Source: Minisyncoccota bacterium (GTDB lineage Bacteria; Patescibacteriota; Minisyncoccia; Phycocordibacterales; Zambryskibacteraceae). Taken from it: DNA of 64,000 bases. Positions within the stretch are counted from its first letter, which is position 1, and every line of letters starts with the position of its first letter. Where the stretch lies: assembly GCA_036517475.1 (NCBI GenBank), contig DATDVZ010000009.1, forward strand, positions 14,524 through 78,523, read 5' to 3'. Both the position numbers and the translations under genes were made by a program. Below, one piece after another: positions 45,357-54,390 of this stretch. The notes under the pieces are model-generated. The model made no database searches, was not told the DNA's origin, and saw nothing but the letters and a program-made list of their open reading frames with translations.

Positions 45357-47297
45357 ATGTCTAAGACCTATAAAGGCTCTATTTCAGTAAGCTCACGGGG
45401 CGTGGGTTATTTTTCGCATCCGGATTTTAAGGAAGATGTAGAAATCCAGCCTGAAAACATCAATACCGCTATGCATAATGACGAAGTTGAAATTGTCATT
45501 GTGCCTGCTCCAACTACCCTTCTGCAAGAAACCGGCAAAATGCCACGAGTTCAAGGCAAAGTAATAAAAATTATAAAGCGCGCCAAAATTCAATTTATCG
45601 GGACGCTTAACGCCTACAAAGATTTCTTTTTCCTAAAACCAGATGACCGCAGATTATACAAGGATATTTTCATCCATTCCTCTAAAGCAATGGGGGCTAA
45701 GGATGGGGACAAAGTTCAAGCGCAAATTGTCGATTGGAAAGATCCTAGTAAGGGGCCGGAAGGAAAGGTTATAAAAATTCTTGGTAAAAAGGGAGTGCAC
45801 GAGGTTGAAATGCAGTCAATTATCCTTGAAAAAGGATTTGAGCTGGACTTTCCGCAAGAGGTTGAGAAAGATGCGCATAAAATTTTGGATGATTCAAAAA
45901 AAGATTTTGATGAGGAAATTAAAAACAGGAAGGATTTCCGTAATGTGCTCACCTTCACCATTGATCCCTCTGATGCCAAGGATTTTGATGATGCACTTTC
46001 ATTTCAAAAAGTAAGTGACGAATTATTTCAGGTTGGAGTTCATATTGCTGACGTTTCGCACTTTGTAAAAACAGCTGGAATAATCGACAAAGAAGCAAGA
46101 CGCAGAGGAACATCTGTCTATCTTGTAGACAGAACAATTCCAATGCTTCCGGAAATTCTTTCAAATGATCTCTGCAGCCTCAAACCCGACGAAGACAAGC
46201 TAACTTTTTCTGCAGTTTTCGTAATTAATAAAAATGCGGAAGTGAAAGAGCGTTGGTTTGGCAAGACAATAATTCACTCTGACAAGCGTTTCACTTATGA
46301 AAATGCTCAAGAAATTATTGATTCAAAAAATGGCGAGTACTTTGAGGAATTGAGTACTTTGAACGATATTGCAAAAATACTGACAAGAAAAAAACTTGAA
46401 TCTGGAGCAATTGATTTTGAAACTGACGAAGTCAGGTTTGAACTTGATAAGGACGGCAAACCATTGCGAGTTTATAGGAAAGAGCGCCTTGACACTCATA
46501 AATTGATTGAAGAATTTATGCTTCTTGCAAATAAAGAAGTGGCTAAATTTATGACTCCGGAGAAAAAAAGTGTCCAAAATGGAGCATTTGTTTATCGTAT
46601 ACATGATCTTCCTGACAAGGAAAAAATCATGAATTTGAGTATTTTTATAAAAGCCCTCGGATACGAATTACATTCTGAAAATGGTGAAGTAACAGCAAAA
46701 GATATAAATAATCTGCTAAAACAAGTTGATGGCAAACCAGAAGAATCTCTCATTAAAACAGCTGCGGTGCGGGCAATGGCAAAAGCGGTTTATTCAACTC
46801 GCAATATTGGGCACTTTGGTCTCGGCTTTCGTTACTACACGCATTTTACTTCTCCAATCAGACGCTACCCCGACTTGGTGGTTCATCGTCTGCTTTTAAG
46901 ATTTCTGACAAAAGGAAAGATTGAGCAGGGTGAAATGATTAAATATGAAAAACTTATGGAGGATTGTACGGATAAAGAAATTTCAGCCGCAGATGCAGAA
47001 CGTACTTCAGTTAAATACAAACAAGTTGAATATATGTTGAGTCATATTGGGAAGGAATTTGATGCTACGGTTTCAGGAGTTTCCGAATGGGGAGTTTATA
47101 TTGAGGAGATTGAGACCAAAGCCGAAGGAATGGTCAGGTTTAAAAACATGACTGACGATATGTACAATCTGGATGAAAAAAATTACGCAGTAGTCGGGAT
47201 GAAAACTAAAAAGAAATATTCTCTCGGAGATAAAGTAAGAGTAAAACTTACAGATGCGGATCTTGATCGCCGAACCCTAGACTTTATTTTCGTTTAG
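45357..47297 (+). CDS. rnr: Ribonuclease R (RNB family 3'-5' exoribonuclease with cold-shock and S1 domains)
   Basis: RNB catalytic region (TIDPSDAKDFDDALS, the four-Asp motif). C-terminal S1 domain and N-terminal OB folds. Confidence 0.92.
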   Translation: MSKTYKGSISVSSRGVGYFSHPDFKEDVEIQPENINTAMHNDEVEIVIVPAPTTLLQETGKMPRVQGKVIKIIKRAKIQFIGTLNAYKDFFFLKPDDRRLYKDIFIHSSKAMGAKDGDKVQAQIVDWKDPSKGPEGKVIKILGKKGVHEVEMQSIILEKGFELDFPQEVEKDAHKILDDSKKDFDEEIKNRKDFRNVLTFTIDPSDAKDFDDALSFQKVSDELFQVGVHIADVSHFVKTAGIIDKEARRRGTSVYLVDRTIPMLPEILSNDLCSLKPDEDKLTFSAVFVINKNAEVKERWFGKTIIHSDKRFTYENAQEIIDSKNGEYFEELSTLNDIAKILTRKKLESGAIDFETDEVRFELDKDGKPLRVYRKERLDTHKLIEEFMLLANKEVAKFMTPEKKSVQNGAFVYRIHDLPDKEKIMNLSIFIKALGYELHSENGEVTAKDINNLLKQVDGKPEESLIKTAAVRAMAKAVYSTRNIGHFGLGFRYYTHFTSPIRRYPDLVVHRLLLRFLTKGKIEQGEMIKYEKLMEDCTDKEISAADAERTSVKYKQVEYMLSHIGKEFDATVSGVSEWGVYIEEIETKAEGMVRFKNMTDDMYNLDEKNYAVVGMKTKKKYSLGDKVRVKLTDADLDRRTLDFIFV

Positions 47298-47329
47298 AAA
47301 ATCAATAAGTAAAGCGATTATGATTTACT

Positions 47330-47488
47330 TAACCCCGCACCAATTTTGAGCAGAGTAACAAAGCGAAGCGCGAGTGGACAAGTAGCCACATCCTTCGTGA
47401 GGCGCAGCGCTTCGCCTATGACCGGAGGCACCTATTCGGTGCACGCACTGCACAAACAATAACAGAGGCAAAATTGGTGCGGGGTTAT
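47330..47488. ncRNA. GC-rich structured element (candidate ncRNA or complex bidirectional terminator) bounded by a 16-bp perfect outer stem
   Basis: The outer stem aaccccgcaccaattttg ... caaaattggtgcggggtt encloses about 120 nt with nested stems (gcgaagcgc/gcgcttcgc, gcacctattcggtgc). The element is markedly GC-rich in an AT-rich intergenic context between convergent genes. Confidence 0.35.
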
Positions 47489-47546
47489 TATTTTCTAACT
47501 CTCTTCGTTCATAAGAAAAATAATAAAATAAGCCGCATTAAGCGAC

Positions 47547-48656
47547 TTATAGATTCAACTCAGAAACAACTGGAAGTTCCCTTATAACTGGAGGTCCGGA
47601 AATAGGTTCGGCAGCAATTTCAACTTTCTTTCTTCTTCCTACTTTAATCTTAAGACAAAGCTGTTTTTCTGCCTCCATTATTTGTGAGGCAACAACTTCC
47701 ATCATGGCAGGAGCATTTGGAAGACCATCAGGCAATGATTTCAAAAACGGTCTTGCTCCATGACAAGGAAGACAATAGTCACATTTAGCGCAATGCCTAC
47801 CTACATTCTTGGGAAATGAGGCGGCATTGTGGCTATCTATAAAATGATCAATGGCAAGAAACATCTCCTGAAAATCTCTTTCTTCACGGAATGTGAAAAA
47901 CATTTTGTTTGTCCGTAAATGATACCAGAGAAATCCGACAGGCCACTTACCATGCTTCATTTTGTACAGCCACATGTAGAAAGTGGGTTGGAAATATTCA
48001 TGAAGCTCAAATTGTTGTTTAATCCAATCCTTATCAGTTGGATTTACAACTTTTTCGGCGGGGTCAAATGTGGAGAACTCTGTCTTCAAATCCAGAATTA
48101 CAACCGGCGCATATTCAGGATTAAGTATGCCGTTAATTACAAGTTCAGGTCTTTTTTTTGCTATCCAGTCAAGTGAAACATTGTGGACTTGATCAAAAAC
48201 ACCAACCATCCTGACTTGGGGTTTGTAATTCCATCGATATCTTTGTTCAACTTCAACGGGTGCAGGCCTTCCATTCATCATCTCCCAGTAATTTGAAAGA
48301 CATAACATTTCAATACGGAGAAACTTATCGTCATCATCGGCTGAAGGGTCTATGAGCAGACCCTTCCCTTTAGCGTACTCAAGCTCTCTTTGCCATCTGG
48401 CATAGAAAGCATTAAGCGTACTCCTTTTTGTTCTGAAGAAAAAAGGTCGTCCATCTTTTGTTGGATGATGAATCTGGCGAACATGATCATGAACTGCTAT
48501 ACCACCGAGCCTTGGATAATCAACCGGATTTGGAACATCGGGATTATTTTTCCAAAAAAGTAATCTTGGACATGAAAGAAACATCCTCAAGTCAGAGTAA
48601 CTAACATGAAGAACTCTCCCTCTCTGTCTGGTTTTCCCTGATCTAGGCATTAGCAT
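47547..48656 (-). CDS. Cas4-like PD-(D/E)XK nuclease with C-terminal Fe-S cysteine cluster (DUF83/RecB-family)
   Basis: N-terminal YSDLRMFLSCPRLLFWK motif. Core VFDQVH...VVILDLKTE. C-terminal CAKCDYCLPC, which together with the N-terminal Cys forms a four-Cys cluster as in Cas4/AddB. No cas1/cas2 or CRISPR array nearby. Confidence 0.7.
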   Translation of the reverse strand: MLMPRSGKTRQRGRVLHVSYSDLRMFLSCPRLLFWKNNPDVPNPVDYPRLGGIAVHDHVRQIHHPTKDGRPFFFRTKRSTLNAFYARWQRELEYAKGKGLLIDPSADDDDKFLRIEMLCLSNYWEMMNGRPAPVEVEQRYRWNYKPQVRMVGVFDQVHNVSLDWIAKKRPELVINGILNPEYAPVVILDLKTEFSTFDPAEKVVNPTDKDWIKQQFELHEYFQPTFYMWLYKMKHGKWPVGFLWYHLRTNKMFFTFREERDFQEMFLAIDHFIDSHNAASFPKNVGRHCAKCDYCLPCHGARPFLKSLPDGLPNAPAMMEVVASQIMEAEKQLCLKIKVGRRKKVEIAAEPISGPPVIRELPVVSELNL

Positions 48657-49143
48657 CTCCTGAAATAACCCTTCTTAAAGTGTTAATTTCTCCTTTTAAG
48701 TCACTTACAGCCTGATCAAATTCAGAACGAGGGACAAGACTATCTTTCTTAAACATTTTCGTTTTCTCAATTTTATTGAGTGCGATGTGGTGCATATGAA
48801 CAGACCCAACTGCAGTACAAACAATGTACCAAAATTTGAGCCAGGAACTATCGTAGTGTGCAACAAGAGTTGAAAAAACAAAAATATAGAACCCATTACT
48901 ACCTACCGCAGCAAACATGTGAAGCCTCGTATTTGCCATCTGTCTTGCTCTGCTTACCAGAGTAAATGTGGCATTCTGGCCCATCAATAAAATCGTAAGT
49001 TTGATTATTTCATAAGTACCGATTCCAGAAAAAAATCCAACCGGAAAAGAAAATAGAATTATTAATGCTTCTGGCCACAGATGAAACAAAAAATTCAATG
49101 ATTTTCGCATGGACAAATTACGAATAACTGCTGCTGAGGTCAT
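48643..49143 (-). CDS. Integral membrane protein (about 4 TM segments) with charged C-terminal tail; overlaps the Cas4-like gene by 14 nt
   Basis: Hydrophobic N-terminal 120 aa. The C-terminal part RSEFDQAVSDLKGEINTLRRV is coiled-coil-like. The overlap implies co-translation. Confidence 0.55.
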   Translation of the reverse strand: MTSAAVIRNLSMRKSLNFLFHLWPEALIILFSFPVGFFSGIGTYEIIKLTILLMGQNATFTLVSRARQMANTRLHMFAAVGSNGFYIFVFSTLVAHYDSSWLKFWYIVCTAVGSVHMHHIALNKIEKTKMFKKDSLVPRSEFDQAVSDLKGEINTLRRVISGDANA

Positions 49144-49226
49144 GAAAACCTCCTGTGAATAGGATTAAATTACAAAGAGCAAACTTCAATCAAGTTATAC
49201 CTTTACAGTACTCTGTCAAGAAATTT

Positions 49227-49481
49227 TTAAAAAAACAATTCTCTTTCAATCGCTTCAGCCTGTGCGGGATCAATCCCCAGATCATGGGCGATTCTTTCGG
49301 TTAAAGTCAATAATTCTTTATTCCATGGGGTCTTTCCCCCATTTTTTAATCTTTCAAACACTTCTATGTCTATCCCACTAGTATTTTTTGGATCAGTTGC
49401 AATTTCCTCCAATTCAATAAGCAGTTGGCTTAAAAGTCTTTTGAAATTTTCATCAAAACTTCTTGGCTTTTCCGAATTCAT
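49227..49481 (-). CDS. Small acidic hypothetical protein (84 aa)
   Basis: ORF preceded by the low-complexity GTTGTTGGTTGT repeat tract (49498-49530). Confidence 0.4.
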   Translation of the reverse strand: MNSEKPRSFDENFKRLLSQLLIELEEIATDPKNTSGIDIEVFERLKNGGKTPWNKELLTLTERIAHDLGIDPAQAEAIERELFF

Positions 49482-49528
49482 GATTTTAGGTTTTTATCAG
49501 TTGTTGGTTGTCTGTTGTTGGTTGTAAG

Positions 49529-51769
49529 TTATTTTGCCACCTCTACCGCCTCATCAAAATGGATTGAGAGTATTTTTGAGGCCCCAGTTCCCGCCATTGT
49601 CACTCCGTAAATTATACCTGCCCTCGACATAGTTTCTCTATTATGAGTGATAAGTATTAACTGAGAATGTTTTGATAAATTTTCAATCATATCGCTGTAT
49701 TTTTTTGAGTTTGCTTCATCTAATGCGGCATCTGTCTCATCTAAGACAATAAATGGTGGCGGATTGACTTGAGACATTGCAAAAAGTAAAGCTATGGAAG
49801 TCAAAGCCCGTTCACCTCCTGAGAGCATGGCAAGCCCTTTTATTTTTTTTCTTGGAAGCGATACCTCAATTTCAATCCCCCCCTCATTCTCAATTTCTTC
49901 AGAAATTTCATTTACCTCCAACTCCTCATTAAATTCGTCTTGTTTTTTTGTTTTTGATTTTTCATTTTTAATTTTTAATGTTGCTACCCCGCCACCAAAC
50001 ATCAAGGTGAAAAACTCCTGAAATTGCTTGTTAATTTTTTCAATTCCGATATTAAATTCAGTATCAATTTTTTCTCCAAGTTCTTCTATAAGAGAATGCA
50101 AGCTTTGTGCAGATTTATTCAAATCATCAAGTTCACCAGAAAGAAATGAGTCCCTTGAATTTACCTCCTCAAACTCCTTAATGATTTCGGCAAACCCCGA
50201 GGCCCCAGCATCCTCCAGGCGCACCTTTATTTTTTCAATTCTCCTGCGCCTTTCTTCCTGCAAACTTCTTACTTCTTCAGAAACCTGTAATTCAAATGAG
50301 TTGTAATCTAAGATCTCCTTACCAGCAAGGATCGCGCATTCTTCCAATTCCCTTTTAAGATCACCTTCCAAATGCAGAATACTTTCCATCTTTTGTCCGA
50401 GCATCTGCAACTCAAGAGAGATTTTATTCTGTTCCGACATAATCCTGAATACTGACTTTTCCGCATCACGGTTTGAATCCTTTTCTTTTTCAATTGCTTT
50501 TTGCAAAACTTGATATTCTTTTTGCAGATGACTCTCCTTCTCTGATGCACTATTGAGCTTTAAAGTCAGATCATCTTTTTCATTAGTTAATTTTTTGATT
50601 AAGTCCTCTGAATCTTTTAAAGGAATCTTGTTCTTATTTATCTGGCTGCTCAGAAATTCGTTAAATAAAGTTTTGATCTCGGCAAATATTTTTTTGACTA
50701 AATTTATGTCATTTTTTGATTCTCCTTCAGTTATTTTTTCATCAATTTGCGCCTTGAAACCCTCTATTTCCTCCAATGAAACAGCAGAAGAGGCTCCAAT
50801 ACTTGCTTCTTTTTGTTTTTTTAAAATCCTCTCCTCCCCAAGTATTTCACCTTGAATTCTTCCCAATTCCTGCAGACATTTCTCCTTTTCCATTCTTACA
50901 GAATGAATATCACTTTCAAGCACGATCAATTTGTCTGTTTTTTCATCCTTATCTTTTGATTCAAGAATCTTTTTGGCGTTCTCCAACTCCTCGTCCAGTT
51001 TCTTTTTGTTTTTTTCCAGAGGACCTCTGGCATTTTCAATTTCTTTCTTTACGCCTTCTACAAAAAGAGATTCTCTTTTTAAATACTCTTTTGCCAGATT
51101 CAGAAGTTCTTTTTTTAATTCTTCGGCTTTTTCTACTTTTTCAACTTGCCTTTTTAAAAATTTTAAATGTGGGGCAATTTCTTTTCTTAAAGCGTTCACT
51201 TGCTCAATATTCTGCAACGTCTTTTCAAGTTTTCTCTCACTTTCTTGTCTTTTATACTGATATATTTTAAGCCCGAGAGCGTCCTCAAGAATTGTCCTGC
51301 GTTCGCGCATATTGGCATTCAATATGCTGTCCGCCTCGCCTTGCGAAATTATATGGTGTCCTGATGCGCCGATATGAGCATCGGAGAGAAGCTCAATTAC
51401 ATCCCTAAGCCTGACTTGGGATCCGTTTATAAGATAGTCATTAATACCATCGCGATGAACAACTCTTTCAATTATCACTTTATCAAAATCAACATTAAAT
51501 AATTTATCTTTATTATCAAAAGTAACTTTAACTGAGGCACGGTTTGCTCTGGGGGTTTCTCCTGCTCCGTTCCAGATTAAATCCTCTCCCTTTTTGCCGC
51601 GCAAGCTCTTAATTGACTGCTCACCCAATACAAAACGAAATGCCTCCGCAACATTTGATTTGCCAGAACCATTGGGTCCCACTATTGCCGAGATTGGGGA
51701 ATTGAATTCAAATACGCTTTTTTTGGGAAAAGACTTAAAACCTGTTAGTTCGATTGACTTTAACTGCAT
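49529..51769 (-). CDS. smc: SMC-family chromosome-segregation ATPase, unusually short (746 aa)
   Basis: N-terminal Walker A in MQLKSIELTGFKSF...VGPNGSGKSNVAEAFRFVLGEQS. C-terminal LSGGERALTSIALLFAM...FIVLDETDAALD (signature, Walker B and D-loop). Long coiled-coil middle. Confidence 0.85.
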   Translation of the reverse strand: MQLKSIELTGFKSFPKKSVFEFNSPISAIVGPNGSGKSNVAEAFRFVLGEQSIKSLRGKKGEDLIWNGAGETPRANRASVKVTFDNKDKLFNVDFDKVIIERVVHRDGINDYLINGSQVRLRDVIELLSDAHIGASGHHIISQGEADSILNANMRERRTILEDALGLKIYQYKRQESERKLEKTLQNIEQVNALRKEIAPHLKFLKRQVEKVEKAEELKKELLNLAKEYLKRESLFVEGVKKEIENARGPLEKNKKKLDEELENAKKILESKDKDEKTDKLIVLESDIHSVRMEKEKCLQELGRIQGEILGEERILKKQKEASIGASSAVSLEEIEGFKAQIDEKITEGESKNDINLVKKIFAEIKTLFNEFLSSQINKNKIPLKDSEDLIKKLTNEKDDLTLKLNSASEKESHLQKEYQVLQKAIEKEKDSNRDAEKSVFRIMSEQNKISLELQMLGQKMESILHLEGDLKRELEECAILAGKEILDYNSFELQVSEEVRSLQEERRRRIEKIKVRLEDAGASGFAEIIKEFEEVNSRDSFLSGELDDLNKSAQSLHSLIEELGEKIDTEFNIGIEKINKQFQEFFTLMFGGGVATLKIKNEKSKTKKQDEFNEELEVNEISEEIENEGGIEIEVSLPRKKIKGLAMLSGGERALTSIALLFAMSQVNPPPFIVLDETDAALDEANSKKYSDMIENLSKHSQLILITHNRETMSRAGIIYGVTMAGTGASKILSIHFDEAVEVAK

Positions 51770-51852
51770 CAGAGTATTATTTTAACACTTATTAACTTAA
51801 CTGAAAGCTAAAAGTTGACAGCTGATAGCTCTACTGGGCCATTTTTAATCTA

Positions 51853-51880
51853 TTGACTGTAAATGGGTGTGTGATATAAT
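51853..51880 (+). promoter_or_regulatory. Sigma-70-like promoter (TTGACT, 16 nt spacer, TATAAT)
   Basis: Near-consensus hexamers upstream of the small membrane-protein ORF at 51905. Confidence 0.6.
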
Positions 51881-51904
51881 GTTAAGTAGAAATTCAACCC
51901 CAAA

Positions 51905-52087
51905 TTGGGAGGAAAAATGTTTTACAAAATGATGGCGGTAGGTACAGCAGCATTTTCGGGATTGGGTGTAGTCATTTACTTTTCCTTGCACAACCCACTA
52001 TATTTGGGTGGTTCCGTATTTTTCGGACTATTGAGCATTCAGTATAGCTTTTTGATTCTGGGTGAGGAATTGAGTAAAAAACGATAA
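51905..52087 (+). CDS. Small membrane protein (60 aa, two TM segments)
   Basis: SD ttgggaggaaaaATG. Strong promoter upstream. Confidence 0.45.
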   Translation: MGGKMFYKMMAVGTAAFSGLGVVIYFSLHNPLYLGGSVFFGLLSIQYSFLILGEELSKKR

Positions 52088-52192
52088 CTTCACGAACCGG
52101 CGCGTTCTAAAACCGTCTGTCTGCATAATCCTTTGCTCTTTGAAGATCGTTAGGCAGATATATTGCCCCCGACTATCAGTAGTCGAGGTCTA

Positions 52193-52240
52193 AAACCCCG
52201 AGATTGCAATTGCAATCTCGGGGTTTGCCTTTTTATATTC
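52193..52240. terminator. Bidirectional terminator with 14-bp perfect palindromic stem (CCCCGAGATTGCAA|TTGCAATCTCGGGG)
   Basis: Perfect dyad flanked by A-run and T-run. Located between the 51905 ORF (+) and rnc (-). Confidence 0.7.
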
Positions 52241-52266
52241 CACGTTCAACTTTTCACTTTTCACTT

Positions 52267-52998
52267 TCAACTTCTTTGACTATTCCACCCCTTCTCTTCC
52301 AGCGCCCTTCTTGCGGCATCCTGCTCGGCATCTTGCTTACTTTTTCCCTCCCCTGTTGCTACAAGCTCATCTTTGAGATAAACGCCGATTGTAAAATGTC
52401 TGTCGTGATCAGGACCAGTTTCTTTTATTGTTTTATATGACGGAGTTATAGAGACTTCATCTTGGGAACGCTCCTGAAATAATGATTTTGAGTCAATCCA
52501 AGTTTTTTCTTCAATAACCTTCTCAATAAGAGGGGTGATACATTTGTAAACGAATTCCTTAGTTTTTTCATAGCCCAAATCAATGTAAATTGCCCCGATT
52601 ATTGCCTCCATAGTATTCGCAAGAATATATTGACGGGCCCTGCCTGTATCTTTTGCCTCTCCGCGTGAAAGCAGAAGGTAGTCATTTACACCCAAATCAA
52701 CTGCTACAACATATAAAGTGTTGGCGTTAACCACAGCAGAACGTAAAGATGTCATCTCGCCTTCTGTTTTGTCAGTATATTTTCTATAAAGATAATCAGT
52801 AATGACAAGTTCAAGCACTGCATCTCCCAAAAATTCCAGTCTTTCATTGTGTCCCAAAGAGAAACCTCTGTTTTCATTTATATAAGAACGATGAACAAAT
52901 GCCTGTTTAAGCAGGTCTTTGTTTTTAAAATTTAAATTAGTTTTTTTCTCAAAATTATCAATATCTTGAACTTTTTGCATCCCATTAGAAAGCGGCAC
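52267..52998 (-). CDS. rnc: Ribonuclease III
   Basis: RNase III signature ERLEFLGDAVLELVITDYLY. C-terminal dsRBD. Confidence 0.93.
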   Translation of the reverse strand: MPLSNGMQKVQDIDNFEKKTNLNFKNKDLLKQAFVHRSYINENRGFSLGHNERLEFLGDAVLELVITDYLYRKYTDKTEGEMTSLRSAVVNANTLYVVAVDLGVNDYLLLSRGEAKDTGRARQYILANTMEAIIGAIYIDLGYEKTKEFVYKCITPLIEKVIEEKTWIDSKSLFQERSQDEVSITPSYKTIKETGPDHDRHFTIGVYLKDELVATGEGKSKQDAEQDAARRALEEKGWNSQRS

Positions 52999-53090
52999 GA
53001 TAATACGGCGTGCCCATCTTTAAATTAATACTCATAAATTTTCTCATTTTAAAATATTTTTTGTCTTTTCTAACGGGACAGGTAACCAAA

Positions 53091-54005
53091 TTATTTTTTT
53101 ATTTTAATTTTTTGTTTATCGGAAAGAATATTAATTGCTTTAGTAACGAGAGGTAAAATATCATCGTAGAAATTTAGCTCAGCAATTTCAGGTAGTGAAA
53201 ACCATCTCGCATCAGTAAGCCCACCCGTAGTCTCAAGTTTAAGGGGTTCGAAATCCGATTTTGCAAGATAGTAGTGAACTCTTTTTTTCATTTTACCCAA
53301 TTCAGGATGGAATGCTATGTATTCATTTTTACCCAAATCATCTTCAAGAGTCACCTTCAAGCCGATTTCTTCCTTTATTTCACGAATAGTTCCGTCTTTT
53401 ACATTCTCGTCACCTTCAAGTTTGCCTTTTGAAAGAGTCCAGTGCCCAAAAACATCATGAACAAGAGCAATGAAAGTCTTATTCTTATCTATTGCATAAA
53501 CTACTGCTCCGCCGAGGTTTTGTGTAGGCAACTGATCGTCCGGAATATCCTTTATTTTTTTCTTTGATGTCTCGTTCTTGCCAGGCTCACCAAGTTCTTT
53601 ATATATAGCTCCGAGTACACCATTGACGAACTTGCCGGATGTTTCTCCGCCAAATGATTTTGCAAGTTCAATAGACTCGTTTATGGCAACCTTAGGGGGC
53701 ACTTCTTTATGATCTGCGAAAAGAAGCTCATAAAGTCCGATGCGAAGAATATTGCGATCAACAACTGAAATCTTTTCCAGAGGCCAGTCAGGAGCCGCCT
53801 TCTTAATAATATTATCCAGATCTTTGATTTTAGATAAAACTCCTTTTAACAGCTCACCCATGAATGAAAAGTCTTTCATCCCAGGAGCAAATTCCTCTGC
53901 GTCACGTTGTAATATTTCAGTCGCCTCTTTTTCTGATTTATTGTTGAAATCCCACTCAAAGAGTGATTGAAGAACGACAGATCTTGCTAGGTGCCGGTTT
54001 GCCAT
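53091..54005 (-). CDS. nusB: Fusion protein: N-terminal NusB antitermination factor and C-terminal NUDIX hydrolase
   Basis: Residues 1-140 are NusB-like (LFEWDF...VDRNILRIGLYELLF...KFVNGVL). Residues 160-300 carry the Nudix box GHWTLSKGKLEGDENVKDGTIREIKEEIGL (GX5EX7REUXEEXGU). Confidence 0.8.
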   Translation of the reverse strand: MANRHLARSVVLQSLFEWDFNNKSEKEATEILQRDAEEFAPGMKDFSFMGELLKGVLSKIKDLDNIIKKAAPDWPLEKISVVDRNILRIGLYELLFADHKEVPPKVAINESIELAKSFGGETSGKFVNGVLGAIYKELGEPGKNETSKKKIKDIPDDQLPTQNLGGAVVYAIDKNKTFIALVHDVFGHWTLSKGKLEGDENVKDGTIREIKEEIGLKVTLEDDLGKNEYIAFHPELGKMKKRVHYYLAKSDFEPLKLETTGGLTDARWFSLPEIAELNFYDDILPLVTKAINILSDKQKIKIKK

Positions 54006-54092
54006 TATTTCTTTAAAAGAACAATAATTAAATTAACTCATCATCTCAAATTATTTACCCGCGAATCTTGAAAGCGGAACAATAATACTAGA

Positions 54093-54329
54093 TTACTTTG
54101 CTGGTACTGTCTCTTTTTTCTTTTCGGTTTTTTTAGCCTCTTTTCTGGTTGTTTTACCAATTATATCAACAACCTCGCGATTATTATATTTACCGCAATT
54201 CGGGCATACAATATGCTTCAGTTTCATCTCTCCACAATTATCACATGCAATTAAAGAAGGATTCTCAAGCTTTAAATGAGACCTTCTGTTATTTCTATGC
54301 GATTTTGTACTGCGCATCCGTACTACCAT
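54093..54329 (-). CDS. rpmF: 50S ribosomal protein bL32
   Basis: MVVRMRSTKSHRNNRRSH...CDNCGEMKLKHIVCPNCGKY contains the L32 zinc-ribbon signature. Start assigned to the internal Met; the ORF track's upstream extension is unlikely. Confidence 0.75.
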   Translation of the reverse strand: MVVRMRSTKSHRNNRRSHLKLENPSLIACDNCGEMKLKHIVCPNCGKYNNREVVDIIGKTTRKEAKKTEKKKETVPAK

Positions 54330-54390
54330 AACTTCAAGAGTATACATTTTTTTCTCAGTTTGGCAAGAAAAAAGATCGCACTTGAGCGAT

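Noticed and set aside
47330-47488. SRP (4.5S) RNA or tmRNA candidate
   Set aside because: The conserved SRP domain IV motifs and the tmRNA tRNA-like/tag-reading-frame features are not recognisable. It is kept only as an unclassified structured element.
52100-52200. Repeated CTAAAACC motifs resembling CRISPR-repeat termini
   Set aside because: Only two short copies are present, with no regular spacing. They are adjacent to an ordinary palindromic terminator.
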